From the NCBI GenBank assembly GCA_904063045.1, contig CAJFCJ010000017.1, positions 124,001-188,000 of the forward strand: a stretch of 64,000 nucleotides of DNA. Reading direction: 5' to 3'. Every line of letters starts with the position of its first letter. Position 1 is the first letter of the stretch. Shown piece after piece: positions 62,901-64,000 of this stretch. The DNA is from Dimorphilus gyrociliatus. Its lineage: Eukaryota > Animalia > Annelida. Below the pieces are notes generated by a model that did not search any database, was not told the origin of the DNA, and worked only from the letters and a program-made list of their open reading frames with translations. Made by a program: the position numbers and the translations under genes.

Positions 62901-64000
62901 GAATGTGAAAATGGAAAGAAATTCTGTATGAGAAGAAAGGCTTGCATTGATGAATCAAGCTATAAAGAAGATGACTGCAAACTAATGCCACAATGTGGTC
63001 AAGATGAAAAGTATTGCATGAAGACCAAGGCATGTGTTGCTGTTAAAGATTTCAAGGAAGAAGATTGCAGACCAGAATGTGAAAATGGAAAGAAATTCTG
63101 TATGAAAAGAAAGGCTTGCATTGATGAATCAAGCTATAAAGAAGATGACTGCAAACTAATGCCACAATGTGGTCAGGATAAAAAGTATTGCATGAAGACA
63201 AAAGAATGTGTTGCTGTTAAAGATTTCAAGGAAGAAGATTGCAGACCAGAATGTGAAAATGGAAAGAAATTCTGTATGAGGAGAAAGGCTTGTATTGATG
63301 AAGCAACATACAAGGAAGATGACTGCAAGCCAATTACTGAGTGCACTTCAGATGAAAAGTATTGCATGAAGACCAAGGCGTGTGTTGCTGTGAAAGATTT
63401 TAAGGAGGAAGACTGTAGAGTTGAATGTGAAAATGGAAAGAAATTTTGTATGAGAAGGAAGGCTTGCATTGACGAAGCAACCTATAAAGAAGATGACTGC
63501 AAACCGATTACTCAGTGTGCTCAAGACGAAAAGTACTGCATGAAAACAAAGAAATGCGTTGCTCAGGAAGATTATAAGGAAGTTGATTGTAAAGCAATAG
63601 CGAATTGTGGTTCAAATGAAAAATTTTGTTTGAAAACTAAGAAATGTATTGCTGTTGAATTGTTCAAGGAAGAAGATTGCAAAACTGTTTCGCTGATTTG
63701 CCCTGTTGTTGCAGGAGGTAAAGATGCTGGAACTTGTGGTGCAGTTTGCAAAGATGAGAATGATTGCGGTGCAGGAAAAATTTGTTGTACTAGTGCATGC
63801 GGTGGAAAGACTTGTACTGATGGAGAAAATAGTAATAAACCCATTGGTTTATTAATATATAAAAATGATAAAACAACGTTAGAGTCTTTGGTTTCGAGCA
63901 TTAAAGTTGTTGGTGGAGAAGCCAATAATCTTCTTTTTAAACTAAAGTCGAAGACCTCAGTGTCTCTAAGTGTTACTGAAAAAGATTCAACTAATAATGA
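56970..64000 (+). CDS. Giant secreted cysteine-rich tandem-repeat protein with a WAP domain; at least 2343 aa, 3' end beyond the window
   Basis: Acceptor TTGCAG at 56966, ATG 56970. MKSNLLHPSEKTITIHFQLSLFCILIFLINTSSS (signal-peptide-like hydrophobic core), then repeats. The frame was checked at 57081, 59280, 59340, 60000, 61200, 62400, 63000 and 63540, with no stop seen up to 64000. It is absent from the ORF track because it lacks a stop in the window. Confidence 0.93.
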   Translation, partial: MKSNLLHPSEKTITIHFQLSLFCILIFLINTSSSNLSCSNDQVPCLKTNTCVPKQQFREQECKVTCENNQKFCEKQNKCIQEANYTVKDCQSQQQCPQDEKLCMKTQTCVADKDFKEEDCRPECENGKKFCMMRKSCIDEASYKEDDCKQMPHCTSDEKYCMKTKECVAVKDFKEDECRPDCENGKKFCMMRKACIDEATFKEDDCKPMPHCTSDEEYCLKTKACVAVKDFKEDECRPDCENGTKFCMMRKSCIDEASYKEDDCKPIPQCGQDEKYCMKTKACVAVKDFKEDECRPDCENGTKFCMMRKSCIDEASYKEDDCKPMPHCTSDEKYCMKTKACVAVKDFKEEDCRPECENGKKFCMRQKACIDEASYKEDDCKPMPQCGQEEKYCLKTKACVAVKDFKEEDCRPECENGKKFCMRRKACIDEASYKEDDCKPMPQCGQDEKYCLKTKACVAVKDFKEDECRPDCENGTKFCMMRKSCIDEASYKEDDCKPIPQCGQDEKYCMKTKACVAVKDFKEEDCRPECENGTKFCMRQKACIDEATYKEDNCKPMPQCGQEEKYCIKTKACVAVKDFKEEDCRPECENGKKFCMMRKACIDEATFKEDDCKPMPHCTSDEKYCLKTKACVAVKDFKEEDCRPECENGKKFCMRQKACIDEATYKEDNCKPMPQCGQEEKYCMKTKECVAVKEFKEDECRPDCENGKKFCMMRMACIDEASYKEDDCKPMPHCTSDEKYCMKTKECVAVKDFKEDECRPDCENGKKFCMMRMACIDESSYKDDCKPMPHCTSDEKYCMKTKACVAVKDFKEEDCRLECENGKKFCIRIKACIDESSYKEDDCKPMPQCGQEEKYCIKTKACVAVKDFKEEDCRPECENGKKFCMRRKACIDEASHKEDDCKPMPQCGQDEMYCMKTKACVAVKDFKEEDCRPECENGKKFCMRRKACIDEASYKEDDCKPMPQCGQEKKYCIKTKACVAVKDFKEEDCRPECENGKKFCMRRKACIDEASYKEDDCKPMPQCGQDEKYCMKTKACVAVKDFKEEDCRPECENGKKFCMRQKACIDEATYKEADCKPMPQCGQDEKYCIKTKACVAVKDFKEEDCRLECENGKKFCIRIKACIDESSYKEDDCKPMPHCTSDEKYCLKTKACVAVKDFKEEDCRPECENGKKFCMRRKACIDEASYKEDDCKPMPQCGQDEKYCMKTKACVAVKDFKEEDCRPECENGKKFCMRRKACIDESSYKEDDCKLMPQCGQDEKYCMKTKACVAVKDFKEEDCRPECENGKKFCMRRKACIDEASYKEDDCKPMPQCGQDEKYCMKTKACVAVKDFKEEDCRPECENGKKFCMRRKACIDEASYKEDDCKPMPQCGQDEKYCMKTKACVAVKDFKEEDCRPECENGKKFCMRRRACIDEASYKEDDCKPMPQCGQDEKYCMKTKACVAVKDFKEEDCRPECENGKKFCMRRKACIDESSYKEDDCKLMPQCGQDKKYCMKTKECVAVKDFKEEDCRPECENGKKFCMRRKACIDEASYKEDDCKPMPQCGQDEKYCMKTKACVAVKDFKEEDCRPECENGKKFCMRRKACIDESSYKEDDCKLMPQCGQDEKYCMKTKACVAVKDFKEEDCRPECENGKKFCMKRKACIDESSYKEDDCKLMPQCGQDKKYCMKTKECVAVKDFKEEDCRPECENGKKFCMRRKACIDEASYKEDDCKPMPQCGQDEKYCMKTKACVAVKDFKEEDCRPECENGKKFCMRRKACIDEASYKEDDCKPMPQCGQDEKYCMKTKACVAVKDFKEEDCRPECENGKKFCMRRKACIDEASYKEDDCKPMPQCGQDEKYCMKTKACVAVKDFKEEDCRPECENGKKFCMRRKACIDESSYKEDDCKLMPQCGQDKKYCMKTKECVAVKDFKEEDCRPECENGKKFCMRRKACIDEASYKEDDCKPMPQCGQDEKYCMKTKACVAVKDFKEEDCRPECENGKKFCMRRKACIDESSYKEDDCKLMPQCGQDEKYCMKTKACVAVKDFKEEDCRPECENGKKFCMKRKACIDESSYKEDDCKLMPQCGQDKKYCMKTKECVAVKDFKEEDCRPECENGKKFCMRRKACIDEATYKEDDCKPITECTSDEKYCMKTKACVAVKDFKEEDCRVECENGKKFCMRRKACIDEATYKEDDCKPITQCAQDEKYCMKTKKCVAQEDYKEVDCKAIANCGSNEKFCLKTKKCIAVELFKEEDCKTVSLICPVVAGGKDAGTCGAVCKDENDCGAGKICCTSACGGKTCTDGENSNKPIGLLIYKNDKTTLESLVSSIKVVGGEANNLLFKLKSKTSVSLSVTEKDSTNN
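57081..63680 (+). repeat. Coding minisatellite: 37 x 174 bp (one unit 171 bp) plus two extra half-unit modules
   Basis: Unit consensus CGQDEKYCMKTKACVAVKDFKEEDCRPECENGKKFCMRRKACIDEASYKEDDCKPMPQ (58 aa, 8 Cys). 57081 to 63515 is 6435 nt = 37x174 - 3, with the 3-nt deletion at about 59316. Two further 4-Cys modules start at 63516 and 63606. Confidence 0.95.
63699..63815 (+). other. WAP (four-disulfide core) domain within the giant Cys-rich ORF
   Basis: CPVVAGGKDAGTCGAVCKDENDCGAGKICCTSACGGKTC: 8 Cys in the WAP spacing CP-xn-GxC-x3-C-x5-C-x5-CC-x3-CG-x3-C. Confidence 0.85.

Noticed and set aside
57243-63925. Many long minus-strand ORFs (WHWFAVVFFVTCFINAS... repeats) in the ORF track
   Set aside because: Antisense shadows of the plus-strand Cys-rich repeat ORF. 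They are repeatedly broken by stops, while the plus frame stays open and has a signal peptide and WAP domain.
1-64000. tRNA, rRNA, CRISPR arrays, recognisable miRNAs, intact transposase or reverse transcriptase ORFs
   Set aside because: None recognised by eye. An Infernal/tRNAscan/RepeatMasker run would be needed to exclude diverged copies.

Overview
AT-rich eukaryotic (animal) genomic DNA. Most introns are short GT-AG introns (about 54-100 nt), and (AG)n, (TA)n, (GAA)n and (TAGA)n microsatellites are dense. Gene content and intron size suggest a compact invertebrate, probably lophotrochozoan, genome; the species cannot be established from the window. Seven protein-coding genes were reconstructed by hand: (1) a miniature ataxin-1/AXH gene (+, 3464-7095); (2) an unknown Ser-rich ORF (-, 16807-17238); (3) a CXorf65/C22orf15-family gene (+, 19115-20085); (4) a synaptotagmin-like Rab27-effector gene with SHD, zinc finger, C2A and C2B (+, 24955-39714), with signs of alternative first and central exons; (5) a secreted PAN/apple + C-type lectin gene (-, 42544-43407); (6) a full-architecture LRRK2-like gene, ARM-ANK-LRR-ROC-COR-kinase-WD40 (+, about 45239-54624); (7) a giant secreted Cys-rich protein (+, 56970 to beyond 64000, at least 2343 aa). 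The ORF track missed gene 7 because it has no stop codon in the window. It consists of 37 tandem 174-bp units (76 four-Cys modules in total) followed by a WAP domain, and is the most unusual object here. Non-coding DNA has three recurrent signals: at least 24 TATAC[A/T]GTATA motifs matching Tc1/mariner excision footprints, at least 10 TAGGCCTA palindromes, and CTCF-like and YY1-like motifs near gene starts. No tRNA, rRNA, CRISPR array or intact transposon was recognised. All gene models and counts are manual and need computational confirmation.
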